The notes: generated from the sequence alone by a model not told the origin. Positions 45,141-55,447 are shown, numbered from the stretch's first letter. The stretch is 64,000 bases of DNA from Diplonema japonicum (GCA_964019335.1 OZ025652.1:310001-374000); one strand, 5' to 3'. Numbers and translations are program-made.

Positions 45141-48100
45141 CTAGATGTGCCCACTTGTCGGTTCGGGAGCCGTTCCAGGGCCTCCGCCCTTGAACTTGTA
45201 GTACAGTAGTTTTGCATAGTACAACCAGTTCCCCATGTTCCCCTCCGGTCCAAGAGGGGTGGACATCAACGCAGGGAAGAACACCAGCGCCCAGAACAGA
45301 CTGAACCCAATCGTCATGAAGATCATGATACCGAACTTGTTGAAGAACTGAATAGTTGGGAAGAAGAGGAACGTTGAAGCCCCAAGAGTGGAAATGGCCC
45401 CCGACACAACAGAGATCCCAACACGTGCAAGCATGTCGCGTACCCTATTCTGACGGTCGTGAGATTCAGACTCGATGTACGCCTCAGCAAGATGGGCCAC
45501 AAAGTCAACAGAGAGACCAGGGACCATCACAAGGCCAATACTTTCAAGAGCACCAAGCTTCCAACCCAAAATGGGAATCATTCCCATGGTGCAGATCACA
45601 ACACAGGTGATGACCAACACAGCAAAGAATGCCACCAGGATGTTTGTCGTCGCAACTGTCAGGACAGCAAAGGCCAACCCCACAGAGAGGATGATCCCAC
45701 TCAGTGCTTCTTCAACAAGTTTTGCTCTGACAAAGATGAACTCCAAAGAGGACTGGAAGCCTCCTGCCTGGGCTGCAACGCTTTTGCACGGTTCAGAGTT
45801 GTACTGGTCGTTGAACCAGTCCTCCCATGTGTTCCACAGGGCCTTCCCGTCGTCGGGATCGATGTTCGTAGATTCAACAGTCAGCTTCAACTCAGTTGAG
45901 ATGAAGCGCATTACAGTACTGCCGTCGTCCACAAGCTCTGCATGGATGTAAGGCTTCCACATGGACAACACCTTCGGGTCCTCAAGCCATTCTATTAAAA
46001 TGTCATAGAACAGACTGTTATCCGCGCCCAGCCCAGTGATCTTGTTCCAGAGTGCCGTGTCGTTCGCGTCCACATGCTTCTTGAAGTCGATCAAAAAGCA
46101 GTCGATTGGGAAGTCTGGGTAGCCACCTGTCTTCCTTTCGTCAGACTTCTCTTGAGCCTTCTCACAGATCGACAGCATGCACCGCGCAGCAACTGGAAGG
46201 TCGAAGTTCGGGTCCCACACTGGCTTCCCTGGGTCGTCCACATCTGTTGCCAGGGTTCCAGACCTGTCGATGGGGTTCTCCTTGTCGATGCCCCATGCGA
46301 AGACCATCTTGACAGCATCCACAGACCCACCACGTGCGAAGTGCTTCGGGTTCTCATCGATGAACCTCTGGTAGTTGTTAGATGACGGTAAGAACTGGGG
46401 TGCTTTTGGGTCTGCCTCCAGACTCCCTGCTTGGATCCCCATCACGACGATCAGTGTTATGAATATCAAAATAATTATGATCTTCGCACCAATGATGCCC
46501 GACGAGTACGACACCCTGAACCACCGACACACAGGAGGCTCCGACACTTCCGGCTTTTGTTGCTCGGCATCCTCCAGTCTCGGATCGCTTGTCGCCGCGT
46601 TATTGAAGCTTGGTGGGTTCAGCTCCTGTTTCACAAAGGAGGCTAGCATGTTCGGAACACCGAAGCAGAACTTCCACTCCTCGAAGAAGGTTGCGAACAT
46701 GAAGACCACCGTTGGGTAAAACACCATCACCGCGCAGTAGTTCACAAGGACGAGCATCGCAGCGAAGATCCCAAAGGTCTGGATTGCTGGGAACGACGAG
46801 CTTGCGTTCGACATGAAAGAAATCAGAGTACTCAAGCTGGTGACAAGCATCGCCTTCCCTGCGTGCTTCCAGGTGTACGACATCCTCTTCCCAAGACCTT
46901 TGAATTTGTGACCAGACTGCTCCCACGTGTCAAGGAACACAAAGATGTCATCAGCACCGATCCCAAGAATGATGAAGATGGACAACATGTTGAAGACACC
47001 GAAGTACCTCTGTTGAAAGATCCCAAAGTACAGGAAGTAGGCCACAGGGAAGCACATTAAGATCTGTCCGACACCCATCACAGCAAGCCACCAGGAGGAG
47101 GTCATGAAGGCGATGTAGACAAGAACGAATACCATGCTTGCAATGGCGAACATGGCATCCATGATGAGGACCTCCTGGATGTAGAGGCTGAGCATGCCGT
47201 GCCCGTTGTAGATATACGACACACCACCGCTGATCTGCCCGTCGCCAAGCCAGCTGTGGTACTCATCATACAACCACTCCGCAAGATCGTCGCTCTGCCC
47301 ATCGGGGTCATCGTTCACTGTCTTGTACCCCTTCAGAGGGGCCCCGAAGATGAACTCCGTCTTCACAGCCTTTGCAATCTGGTTCCCTGCCCCGAACTGT
47401 GAGTCGACAATCTTCAGGAAGTTGTAACTGTTCAGCCCCTCAACGGTGTTCCTGTCAGGGATAGAGTTCGCATAGGTGTGGACCTTCGGAACCTTGAAGT
47501 TCTCCTCGAGGATGAACTCGTCTGGGGTGCAGGTTGTCGACTTGTTGCAGTTCATGAGACCGATGGGGGTGGACGCCAGCTTGGAGCAAGGGGTTCCAAG
47601 GGAAGGGTCACAAGCCCACACAATGGTGTGGTGCACAGCACAGTTGTGGGACTGCGAGTTGATCTTCGTGATCATGTCAATATTGTTGCTCCTCTCGAAT
47701 GCGACTTCAGTGCTGTTGTAGTCGATGAGGCAGTGGTCTGCGAACTCATTGCGGGCCATCACACGCTGCTCAAACTCGAACATCTTCTGAAGGATCTTGG
47801 TCTCAAGCACGTCACCGAACTCGGGGAAGTAGATGATCTCAAGGGTGAGGTCCTCACGCTCACCACCAAGTGTGTCGACAGACTGACGAAGTTCGATGTC
47901 AGGCGCGTTCACAGTGTGGTCAGCAATGTCTTTCCCTTCCGCGATGGCATCGTAGCGCTCTTGGGTCACGTGGTCACGGAGGTAGAGGGGTACCTCCGAA
48001 GAGAAGGGGAAGAAGGAGGATCCTGCAGTTATGATCAATATCAGGAAGAGGAGGAAGAAACCGCAGAAGGACCCACAGGTGATGCAGTAGGCTTTCTTGG

Positions 48101-48317
48101 GTTGGTGCGATATGGCATCCCACACAAAATCGATCTTTCCTTCCAGCACTTCATCATCTGCATGAGATGTTATTTGGTGATCGTTCTCAGGGCCTCGAGG
48201 CAACATTTCCACAGCAGGTGCGCTTGGGACTGTACCTTTCCCTGTTTCAGCATATTGCAAATTGAGAGACATAAGTCCCGTGCTTAAACAGTAATTGCTG
48301 CCGTGTGCGAAAGACAC
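45141..48317 (-). CDS. Patched/Dispatched-family transporter, copy 6
   Basis: 1058-codon ORF from GTG 48317; same motifs. Confidence 0.9.
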   Translation of the reverse strand: MSFAHGSNYCLSTGLMSLNLQYAETGKGTVPSAPAVEMLPRGPENDHQITSHADDEVLEGKIDFVWDAISHQPKKAYCITCGSFCGFFLLFLILIITAGSSFFPFSSEVPLYLRDHVTQERYDAIAEGKDIADHTVNAPDIELRQSVDTLGGEREDLTLEIIYFPEFGDVLETKILQKMFEFEQRVMARNEFADHCLIDYNSTEVAFERSNNIDMITKINSQSHNCAVHHTIVWACDPSLGTPCSKLASTPIGLMNCNKSTTCTPDEFILEENFKVPKVHTYANSIPDRNTVEGLNSYNFLKIVDSQFGAGNQIAKAVKTEFIFGAPLKGYKTVNDDPDGQSDDLAEWLYDEYHSWLGDGQISGGVSYIYNGHGMLSLYIQEVLIMDAMFAIASMVFVLVYIAFMTSSWWLAVMGVGQILMCFPVAYFLYFGIFQQRYFGVFNMLSIFIILGIGADDIFVFLDTWEQSGHKFKGLGKRMSYTWKHAGKAMLVTSLSTLISFMSNASSSFPAIQTFGIFAAMLVLVNYCAVMVFYPTVVFMFATFFEEWKFCFGVPNMLASFVKQELNPPSFNNAATSDPRLEDAEQQKPEVSEPPVCRWFRVSYSSGIIGAKIIIILIFITLIVVMGIQAGSLEADPKAPQFLPSSNNYQRFIDENPKHFARGGSVDAVKMVFAWGIDKENPIDRSGTLATDVDDPGKPVWDPNFDLPVAARCMLSICEKAQEKSDERKTGGYPDFPIDCFLIDFKKHVDANDTALWNKITGLGADNSLFYDILIEWLEDPKVLSMWKPYIHAELVDDGSTVMRFISTELKLTVESTNIDPDDGKALWNTWEDWFNDQYNSEPCKSVAAQAGGFQSSLEFIFVRAKLVEEALSGIILSVGLAFAVLTVATTNILVAFFAVLVITCVVICTMGMIPILGWKLGALESIGLVMVPGLSVDFVAHLAEAYIESESHDRQNRVRDMLARVGISVVSGAISTLGASTFLFFPTIQFFNKFGIMIFMTIGFSLFWALVFFPALMSTPLGPEGNMGNWLYYAKLLYYKFKGGGPGTAPEPTSGHI

Positions 48318-48778
48318 CCTAAGAGAACAAGAGTAGGATCAGATAGTTCCTGTGGTGCGCTACGTTGGGGGTGGGGGTGGTTTAAACAAAAACTTTCCAT
48401 TTAAAAAATACAAGAGATACCGGAAGAAGTGTAAATGTGTTGAGTAAGAAAGAAAGAAAAAGAAAAAAAAGCAAGGTGTAAAAGGAGGAATGTAATGTAA
48501 ATTGGAATTGAGAATAGGGGGGGGGGAGGGAGAGAAAAAAAGGGGGGGTCTACCGAAACTTAAAACCCTCAACCTATTTTTTTTTTTTTTCCACTTGGCG
48601 GAACAAAGAAGGTTTAAGATAGATCGGGAATAAAGAAAATGGGGGAAAGGCTTTTTTATTTTTTATTTTTTTTCAAAAACAAGAAAACGAAACTGGAAGT
48701 TAAAAAATAAAAAAAGGAGTGTTCGTTCTAATAAATAATTAACAAAAAAAAAACCTTTCTTTTTTTTTTTTTTCCCTT

Positions 48779-49927
48779 CTAAACCACTACCTCCTTAGGG
48801 CTCTCTTGTGGTGACGAGCACCTACTACGGGACTTGCTGTCAGGTGACTCTGGTACTCCTTTTGTGATTAAGACATCATCATCAAGAGGCTGTTTTATTT
48901 TTTATGTTTTTTTTTGGGGGGTACATACATCCCGAACAGGCACGGAAAAATCAGGCCTTTTCTCAGCAAGGTACGCCTTCGCCTCGTAGTTCCTTACACG
49001 GAAATACACGAAAAACAGTTGTTTCTGCTCGAGACGGGTTCTGTCGTTGACGGAGTCAAGCACGTTCGTCGCCAAGGCGGCCCCGACAAAAACACAAGCA
49101 AGCTGCAGCCCTGCAAGAATCATCAATGAAACATGCCTTCCCTGTGTCTCCTCACACCCTTCGTTCGTGGTCGCAGACAGCGATGTTTTCGACGGTGTGC
49201 ACTCATCGACAGAGTTCTTCATCATATAAATTTCGGTGTACAAAAAAGCAGTGAGGATGGCCATGAGCCAGAAGTTCGACACCATGAATTTTACAAGCAT
49301 TCCTTCGTTTTCGCCAATGGCGCCAAGACAGCCGAATATGGCAGCTATAACACCCACGCAGGCTGAAACAGATGTGGCTAAGACAGCCTGAAACTGGCCA
49401 CCGTCCATTTCAAAAGAACCAAGGATGAAAACAACAGCGGAGAGAAAAAACTGGACGATTGAAGTGTAAAAAATCTTGACTCTGTTCTCAGCGCAATCGT
49501 TGAACTCCTCTTGCATCCTTGCTTCGAGGAGGGAGGATGTCAAGGCACCGTACATATCTACATTTTGAAGGGTGATGTCTTCTTCGTGTTTGTCCTTTGC
49601 TACGGAAGACTTTCTTCTGTTTAATGCGCTTGAGCTTACAAGCGTTGTGGTGTTCTTCCTTTTAACCATCGACTTGCTCAGCTCGTCGACAGTGTCCTTC
49701 GTCTTCGCGAAGTGATCGTGAACCTTCTCAAGGTACTCCTCTGTGATCATGTCCTCCTCCTCCGGAAGGAGGCACATCGAGAAGATCTCCTTCGCCTTCT
49801 CAAACCACCTCTGGGAACAATCCTGTTCCTCCCAATCGACATCGCATACCTCCATGAAGGACTTAACATCATCGTCCTCCAGCCACATGTTCCAGTCGTC
49901 GATTGCTGGGTCGGAAGAGGACACCAT
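48779..49927 (-). CDS. Four-TM tetraspanin-like membrane protein with long acidic N-terminal domain
   Basis: Four hydrophobic helices; IFGCLGAIGENEGMLVKF resembles tetraspanin TM2-TM3. Terminal exon (PLDDDV...EVVV*) joined via intron 48890-48928 (GTATGT..ACAG). Confidence 0.65.
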
Positions 49928-50164
49928 TTTTTTTTTTTTTTTTAACGTGTAGGGGTACTTGAAGTTATAAAGCTGGACATGGACGAAAAGATGGAAGATG
50001 TGGGCCCAACCTCAGCCGGGGAATAAGGTCGAGGGCATCGCATCAAGCTAGGTAGCGCAGAGGGGGGAGAAAAAACACTAAGTAAAAAAAAAGAAAAAAA
50101 ATAAATAAAAGTCAATACACTTTTTCTTTTTGGTTTTTTTCTTTCTTTTCTTTTTTTCTTTTTT

Positions 50165-50975
50165 CTATTCGTCTTCTTTCTTCTCGTCCATCTGTGCGTC
50201 GTTGTCGTTCTCTTCTTCTTTTTTGCCTTCGTCGGTGTTCGGGGCGTTTTCCTCGTTGTTTTCTTCGGATTTCGAATCTTCTTTCCGCGCTGCCTCGTCA
50301 TCTTCCTCTTCCTGGTGGTGTTGTTGCTGCTGTGGTTCCTTATCGGTCTCTTTTTGCTGAGTTTCAGCAGGGGTCTGTGGATTCTTTTAAAAAAAAATCT
50401 TTTTTTTTCTTCCCAAACCTGTTTTACATTAACAACCAATTTCACTAAGAGATGATCCCCTTTGGGTTGAATGTAGCAAAACGGAATGTCGTCAAACTGC
50501 CGCACTGCGTGCCTTGGGCGAGTGTGGCCGATTTCGCACACACGGTAGGAGCTGGTGGTGAGAAGCGGTTGAAGAGTAGCGAAATGAAGAGTGGCTTGGG
50601 GGTGACTCGTCTCCTTCCGCATCTTCCCAAGCATGTATGTGATTTCCTTCAAAGTAGTGTCTTTCCAGCAATACAGTCTCACTTCTTGAGCCCCCTCAGG
50701 CACTCCCCCTTGCATCGTAAACCCAGAAGGATCCTCGAATTCACCCACCTTTATGAACACCTTCACAAGAAACGGACACACTTTCTGTCTGTCTACCTCT
50801 TCCAGCCTTTTCCCTGTCTTCCCTGCCTTCGTTCCTTTGCCGCCTTTTTTGCCGCCCCCTTTCCTGTTTTGTATTTATATGGTGAGAAGGGGAGGGGGGT
50901 GATTACATACATTCCCTGCCTCCTTGCGGCATGCGGGTAGTCGTCCTCCCGTCCACGTTTTCTGCTGTCATCCAT
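50165..50975 (-). CDS. SAP18: Sin3-associated protein 18 (ASAP/PSAP subunit) with acidic tail
   Basis: VDRQKVCPFLVKVF and EVRLYCWKDTTLKEIT match SAP18 hallmarks. Introns 50864-50910 and 50384-50418 give a continuous frame from ATG 50975 to TAG 50165. Confidence 0.8.
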
Positions 50976-51259
50976 TTTTTTTTTTTTGTGTGTGTCCCTT
51001 TTTCTTCTTTTTGTTTTTAACAAGTACTGCTCAGTTTCTTGTAGACCAAAACGAAGCTGTAGCATATGCAGTATGTATCCCAGGATTTACACACAAATGC
51101 CAAAAACCGACTCTTTTTATTTTTTTTTTTCTTCTTTCTGCAAGGAGACGTACAAAATGAAATACTCAACAAAAAAGGAGGGGGTGGATACAAATACACA
51201 AATAAAAGAGGGGGTCATTGGGCTTTTCTTTTTTTTTTTCTTCCCCCTTTCAAGACTTT

Positions 51260-52273
51260 TCAAGCACCCAGTTTAAAGGCGACAGGGCTCGGGTACCCCC
51301 GTGAAGGGGATCGGGAGAAGTTTCGTTTCTTTGAGTGAACCTGGAAAATGAGGTCTTCAAGAGGGGGTGAGGCCGAAGGGCTGAGGGAGGATTGAATGTG
51401 ATCACGGCAGGAGGCCTCACGGGAACCGAGTAGCCGACGGTAAGAAGAAGGGGTGATACGCTTTGTGGGTGTCGCTGTTTCAAGTGGCGACGGAACAAGG
51501 GACTCGGATCGAGATCGGAATGACGATTCTAGACTAGCCGCGAGGACCTTGTATTGAGAAGCTTGCTTGTTTGTGGTTTCCCACAGCTCCCTCTCACGTT
51601 TCCTGTCCTCTTTCTCTTGCTGTGCTTTGTGCTCCTTCTTTCGCAGTCGTTCGCTGAGAAGCATCTTGTCCTTCATAATCCTGTTTTTTTCTACTACATT
51701 TCCCCGATCTTTCTCGTTCTTCACTTCCAGCCCTACTCGGCTCCATTCAACTGATTTCTGCTCCTGGATATACGCCTGTTCCACCCTCTGTTTTTGAAAA
51801 CAGATTGATGAACGTAATTTTCGGGATTCCTCAGCGTGTCTCGTCCGTGCAAGGGAGTTCATTTCCTTTTCGTGTAGGTGGTGTGCGACCTCCCAGTCCA
51901 ATCGCATGCGCCCTTCGCTTTTGTGGATTTCAACAGTTCTGCGTTGATCTTCGAGAATTTTTTCCTTCTCAGTCTCGATTTGTCTGTTTCTCTTTGAGAA
52001 TTTCATGTTCTGTCGCAGGTTGTTCTCCGTCCTCTTCACGAGGCTCTCGGATTTTCTCTCTTCCTTCTCCAGCAGGTTCCTCGCGTGCTGCAAATCACGC
52101 TCCCTTTCCTGCGATGCTGCCCGCAACACACCGTCCCTCACTTTGTTAGAAGAGACTTTCAAGCTCATCGTCTTCACAGCCGTGTCCGTCTTCCGCCTCC
52201 CATCCGACTCTCGGAGTAACGACGCACGGTAGCCTTGAAACCCCTCTGGGTCCAAGGAGCGGCTCCGCCTCAT
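51260..52273 (-). CDS. Hypothetical coiled-coil protein with Ser/Pro-rich C-terminus
   Basis: 337-aa E/K/R/Q-rich ORF on the common strand. Confidence 0.7.
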   Translation of the reverse strand: MRRSRSLDPEGFQGYRASLLRESDGRRKTDTAVKTMSLKVSSNKVRDGVLRAASQERERDLQHARNLLEKEERKSESLVKRTENNLRQNMKFSKRNRQIETEKEKILEDQRRTVEIHKSEGRMRLDWEVAHHLHEKEMNSLARTRHAEESRKLRSSICFQKQRVEQAYIQEQKSVEWSRVGLEVKNEKDRGNVVEKNRIMKDKMLLSERLRKKEHKAQQEKEDRKRERELWETTNKQASQYKVLAASLESSFRSRSESLVPSPLETATPTKRITPSSYRRLLGSREASCRDHIQSSLSPSASPPLEDLIFQVHSKKRNFSRSPSRGYPSPVAFKLGA

Positions 52274-52358
52274 GGCGCCTGTAATAAATAAATACTTATT
52301 GGTCGTAATAAAAATAGATAATTCCTCGTTCTTCTTTTTTCTTTTTTTTTTTAAAAAC

Positions 52359-53540
52359 TCAAATATGGCACCCGCACCTGAGCCCCGCCATCATGACGAG
52401 CCTGTTTCTTATCGACTCTACTTCGTTCAGGAGCAGCGGGCTGAACCCTGCGGTACTTTGTAAGCCTTTCAGCTCAAGATCGCACGAGGTGTCGTGGGGA
52501 ACCGGCCAGGCAGCCAACAGCAACGCAGCGTACTCAACAGACGGCCACGGGTGGTGGGTGTTGGAGAGAATAGATTGTGCAACCTTGAAGCACGCTTGAC
52601 GGCGGAGGTCTTTGTAGAGATAGGTGAGAGGTGCCTCCGCGCCTTCAAGATCCTCTTGCGTGTATATTTCGTGAGTGGTGAGGAGCGAGGAGAGAAAAGA
52701 AGGGTCAGACGAAAGTCCTGAAAGGACACCTTCTGCAGCGGAAGCTGATGAATGTAAAGCATTTGGGATGACGGTGTTGACCATGGCATGAACGGAGCCC
52801 CAGTCGGCGCTTGAGCGAGCAAGCCCCGTCAGACACGGTGTACGATTCTTCTCAATAACAAACCACCCTCTTGTGAGGTTTGTAACGGGGTCGACCTGAT
52901 CCATGCTTTTCCACAACTCTTCTATGTGGACCCAGTAAGGAGGGTATTTGAAGCGTGCAGTGTCCAAGATCAACACTAGCTTTTTAGAAGCGTGGAACGC
53001 GGCTAAAGGGGAAAAATGCCCGTCCCCTGTCTGGCCAAGATACCCCCGGGAGAAGGTTGCTACAATGGCTTCAGTTGGGTTGGGTGTCATAGTTGCCTTC
53101 ACCAAGTCGTTGGTGAGTTCTTCACAAGAGTGAAGCGGTGCTCTTTTCGGTGTACTTTTCGCTCCGTTGAGCTCCGCCATGCATTGGAACTCCTCGAATG
53201 TGATTCCTTTCTTCCTGACGACCTCAAGGGGGATGTGCACATCCAGGCTCTCCTCTGTCACGTGTTGTACCCCGATTTTTTTCACCTCGGTTCTGTTTTC
53301 CACGTTCAAAGTGTTCAACACTATTGAGAGGCTTCCCAGCCCGCAGTACGCTGGTTCGTTCTGGGTGTTGAACTGCTCTGCCAGCCCGAAGTACCCTTCG
53401 CAACCCCCCTCTATCAAACATTCCCTGAACAGCGCCCTTCCTTCCTTTGACGAAAAGCTCGTAAGGCTCCCCGGCAGTTTTCTCCTATATATCCCTACCT
53501 GCGGGGAAATTGTGCATGTCAGCCGCCGTGAGGGCTTCAT
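52359..53540 (-). CDS. PCS1: Phytochelatin synthase (glutathione gamma-glutamylcysteinyltransferase)
   Basis: YRRKLP, FSSKEG, QFNTQNEPAYCGLGSL (Cys), QTGDGHFSPL (His), LILDTARFKYPPYWV (Asp). Likely start ATG 53540. Confidence 0.92.
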   Translation of the reverse strand: MKPSRRLTCTISPQVGIYRRKLPGSLTSFSSKEGRALFRECLIEGGCEGYFGLAEQFNTQNEPAYCGLGSLSIVLNTLNVENRTEVKKIGVQHVTEESLDVHIPLEVVRKKGITFEEFQCMAELNGAKSTPKRAPLHSCEELTNDLVKATMTPNPTEAIVATFSRGYLGQTGDGHFSPLAAFHASKKLVLILDTARFKYPPYWVHIEELWKSMDQVDPVTNLTRGWFVIEKNRTPCLTGLARSSADWGSVHAMVNTVIPNALHSSASAAEGVLSGLSSDPSFLSSLLTTHEIYTQEDLEGAEAPLTYLYKDLRRQACFKVAQSILSNTHHPWPSVEYAALLLAAWPVPHDTSCDLELKGLQSTAGFSPLLLNEVESIRNRLVMMAGLRCGCHI

Positions 53541-54009
53541 AGCCCCCCCTCCCTCCCTCCTTTTCTTAAGAGAATAAAACAAAAGTGCGAGAGAAGCAAA
53601 AAAAAAAAAAAACGGGGGGAAACTAAGAAAAACTTTTGGAAGGGGGGGGGTGTTTTTTTTTTCCATTCCTCCTCTTCCTCTTTTTTAAAGCTCACTAAGG
53701 GAAAAAAAAAAAAAAAAAAAAAAAAAAAACATAGGTTCTTTTTTTTTCATAAACTCGTTCGTACGCGTCGAAAAACGAACGAACGGAGACAGGAGGGGAA
53801 GGGGGGGGTGAGAAGAACAAATAATGGGGGATGGGGGGAAAGGGGAACGACCCGTTAAGAAAAAAATATGAAAAAAAAAACGTCACAAAAAAATAAAAAT
53901 GGCGGAGCTTTTCTTGTTTTTTTTTTTATAAATGTTTTGTTAAAAAAAGGGGGAAAACACTTCAAAAAAAAAATGGGGGGGAGAGGGTGTACACTACTCC
54001 TAATATCTC

Positions 54010-54923
54010 CTAGTACTCATCCTCTTCCTCGGGGTACGAATAGTCCTTCCCGTCCCACGACTCTGTCTTTTCAAAGGTAGGGAACTTTGTGTACTTAGAA
54101 GCCCCAATACGCCCGGTCTGGAGGGACCTGATGGTCTTTGAGAGAGAGTTTACGTTGAATGACCCAATGTGGTTCACATAACGGGTGCGATCGGCGTTGA
54201 TAAGGGTCATCCCGGGGTACGAGGATGAAGAGAAAGCAGACTCAAAAGCAGGCTGGCTGCCAGACTCTACCCAAGCGTAAGCACAAGGGTTCGATCGGCC
54301 CATTGTCTTCACGAGCTCCTTAATGGTGTCGATGTACTTGTTGCGGCCCTCTGCCCCACTGTCGATGACGTGCGGAAGAGTGAAGACAGCACAGTACTTC
54401 TTCGTGAGACAAGCATTGATGGAGTCCTGACCCACCAATTCGTCAATTGTGGAAATGTCAATGCCCTCCTTTTCTAACGCGGCTGCGGCGTATTCAATGA
54501 CACCATCGGCGTCTCTCCCACCGTTGTAGGTTTCGATGATGATGCCCTCCTCGTCTTCCTTCTTCCCGTAAGGGAAGGCGATGATCGTGGGGTAGCCGCT
54601 GTGAAGGGTGTGGTGGTTGTGGGGAAAGAAACGTACCTGACATCGAACATCTTACCCAGGTCGGCCTCCTTTGTCGCGTCGACTGCTGCGATCTTCACCT
54701 TACCCTTCAGCGCGGTGGCCGCCTTCGCCCACTCCGGCGCCAGGGTTTTGCAGTGCCCGCACCACGGGGCGTAGAATTCCACCAGCACCAATCCGTTGTA
54801 CTGCTTCACCTCTTCATCAAAATTCTCCGTTGTCAGTGTCACCACGTCTGCCCCCTCACCAGGCTCCGCGCTGCACATGCCGATCACGGCGCCCAGCAGC
54901 AACACACCAGGGACGATTCTCAT
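54010..54923 (-). CDS. PDIA6: Protein disulfide isomerase, P5/PDIA6-like (one catalytic Trx domain + C-terminal b domain)
   Basis: Signal peptide and [11 protein letters not shown]. Intron 54599-54636 joins FDVS|GYPTI to the downstream ORF. Acidic C-terminus EEEDEY. Confidence 0.85.
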
Positions 54924-55051
54924 TATAGGTTTGTCTTCTACTTTGGGTTTAGCGTTGAGAGGTTGAGAATGGGAAAGGAAAATAAGTTGTGTAAACCGGG
55001 GAGGTGTTGTATTGTTTGTTTATTTTTTTTTTTTTTTTTGTTTTTGTTTTT

Positions 55052-55292
55052 TTAAACCTGGCCCTTGGACCTCCCGAAGGAGGTCGGCTGCCAGGTGCTG
55101 TCGTCGTTCCATCCGTTCCCGAGCTGGTTTGGGTTGGCGAACTGCGGGGCAGTCCCACGTGTGTACCTCAGGTCCTGCGAGAAGAGCTTCCTTCCCACAC
55201 ATCCCGATGCATACCTGTGCGGCATCAACGTTCGTGAGCGTGGCACCCTGCTGGGAGTGGTACCCAGCGTGCTGGTGGCCGTAGTAAGGCAT
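55052..55292 (-). CDS. Small conserved protein, paralog A (66 aa, one intron)
   Basis: MPYYGHQHAGYHSQQGATLTNVDAAQ|DLRYTRGTAPQFANPNQLGNGWNDDSTWQPTSFGRSKGQV with intron 55175-55214; collinear with paralog B. Confidence 0.8.
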
Positions 55293-55447
55293 GTGTGTGT
55301 ATGGGCACCTTCTTCTTACGTGTCTTAGTATTGTATCCACAAGGTACACAATGAGGCGGGGTAAATGTTCATCGCTTTCTTCTTTTTCTTTTTTTTTTTT
55401 GTTTCTTCTTTTTCCGTTTTCTATTAAACCTGCTATCGTAAGGTAGC

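Noticed and set aside
21577-48287. Recurrent plus-strand ORFs (up to 282 aa) inside the transporter array
   Set aside because: They recur only because the sense genes are duplicated; antisense openness follows from codon bias.
48790-48890. TGATGA...CTGA on the minus strand suggesting a C/D snoRNA
   Set aside because: Spacing is too short, and the segment is better explained as the in-frame last exon of the 4-TM gene.
53541-53666. Apparent hydrophobic leader on phytochelatin synthase
   Set aside because: Derived from poly(T)/poly(C) tracts; likely a splice-acceptor region rather than a signal peptide.
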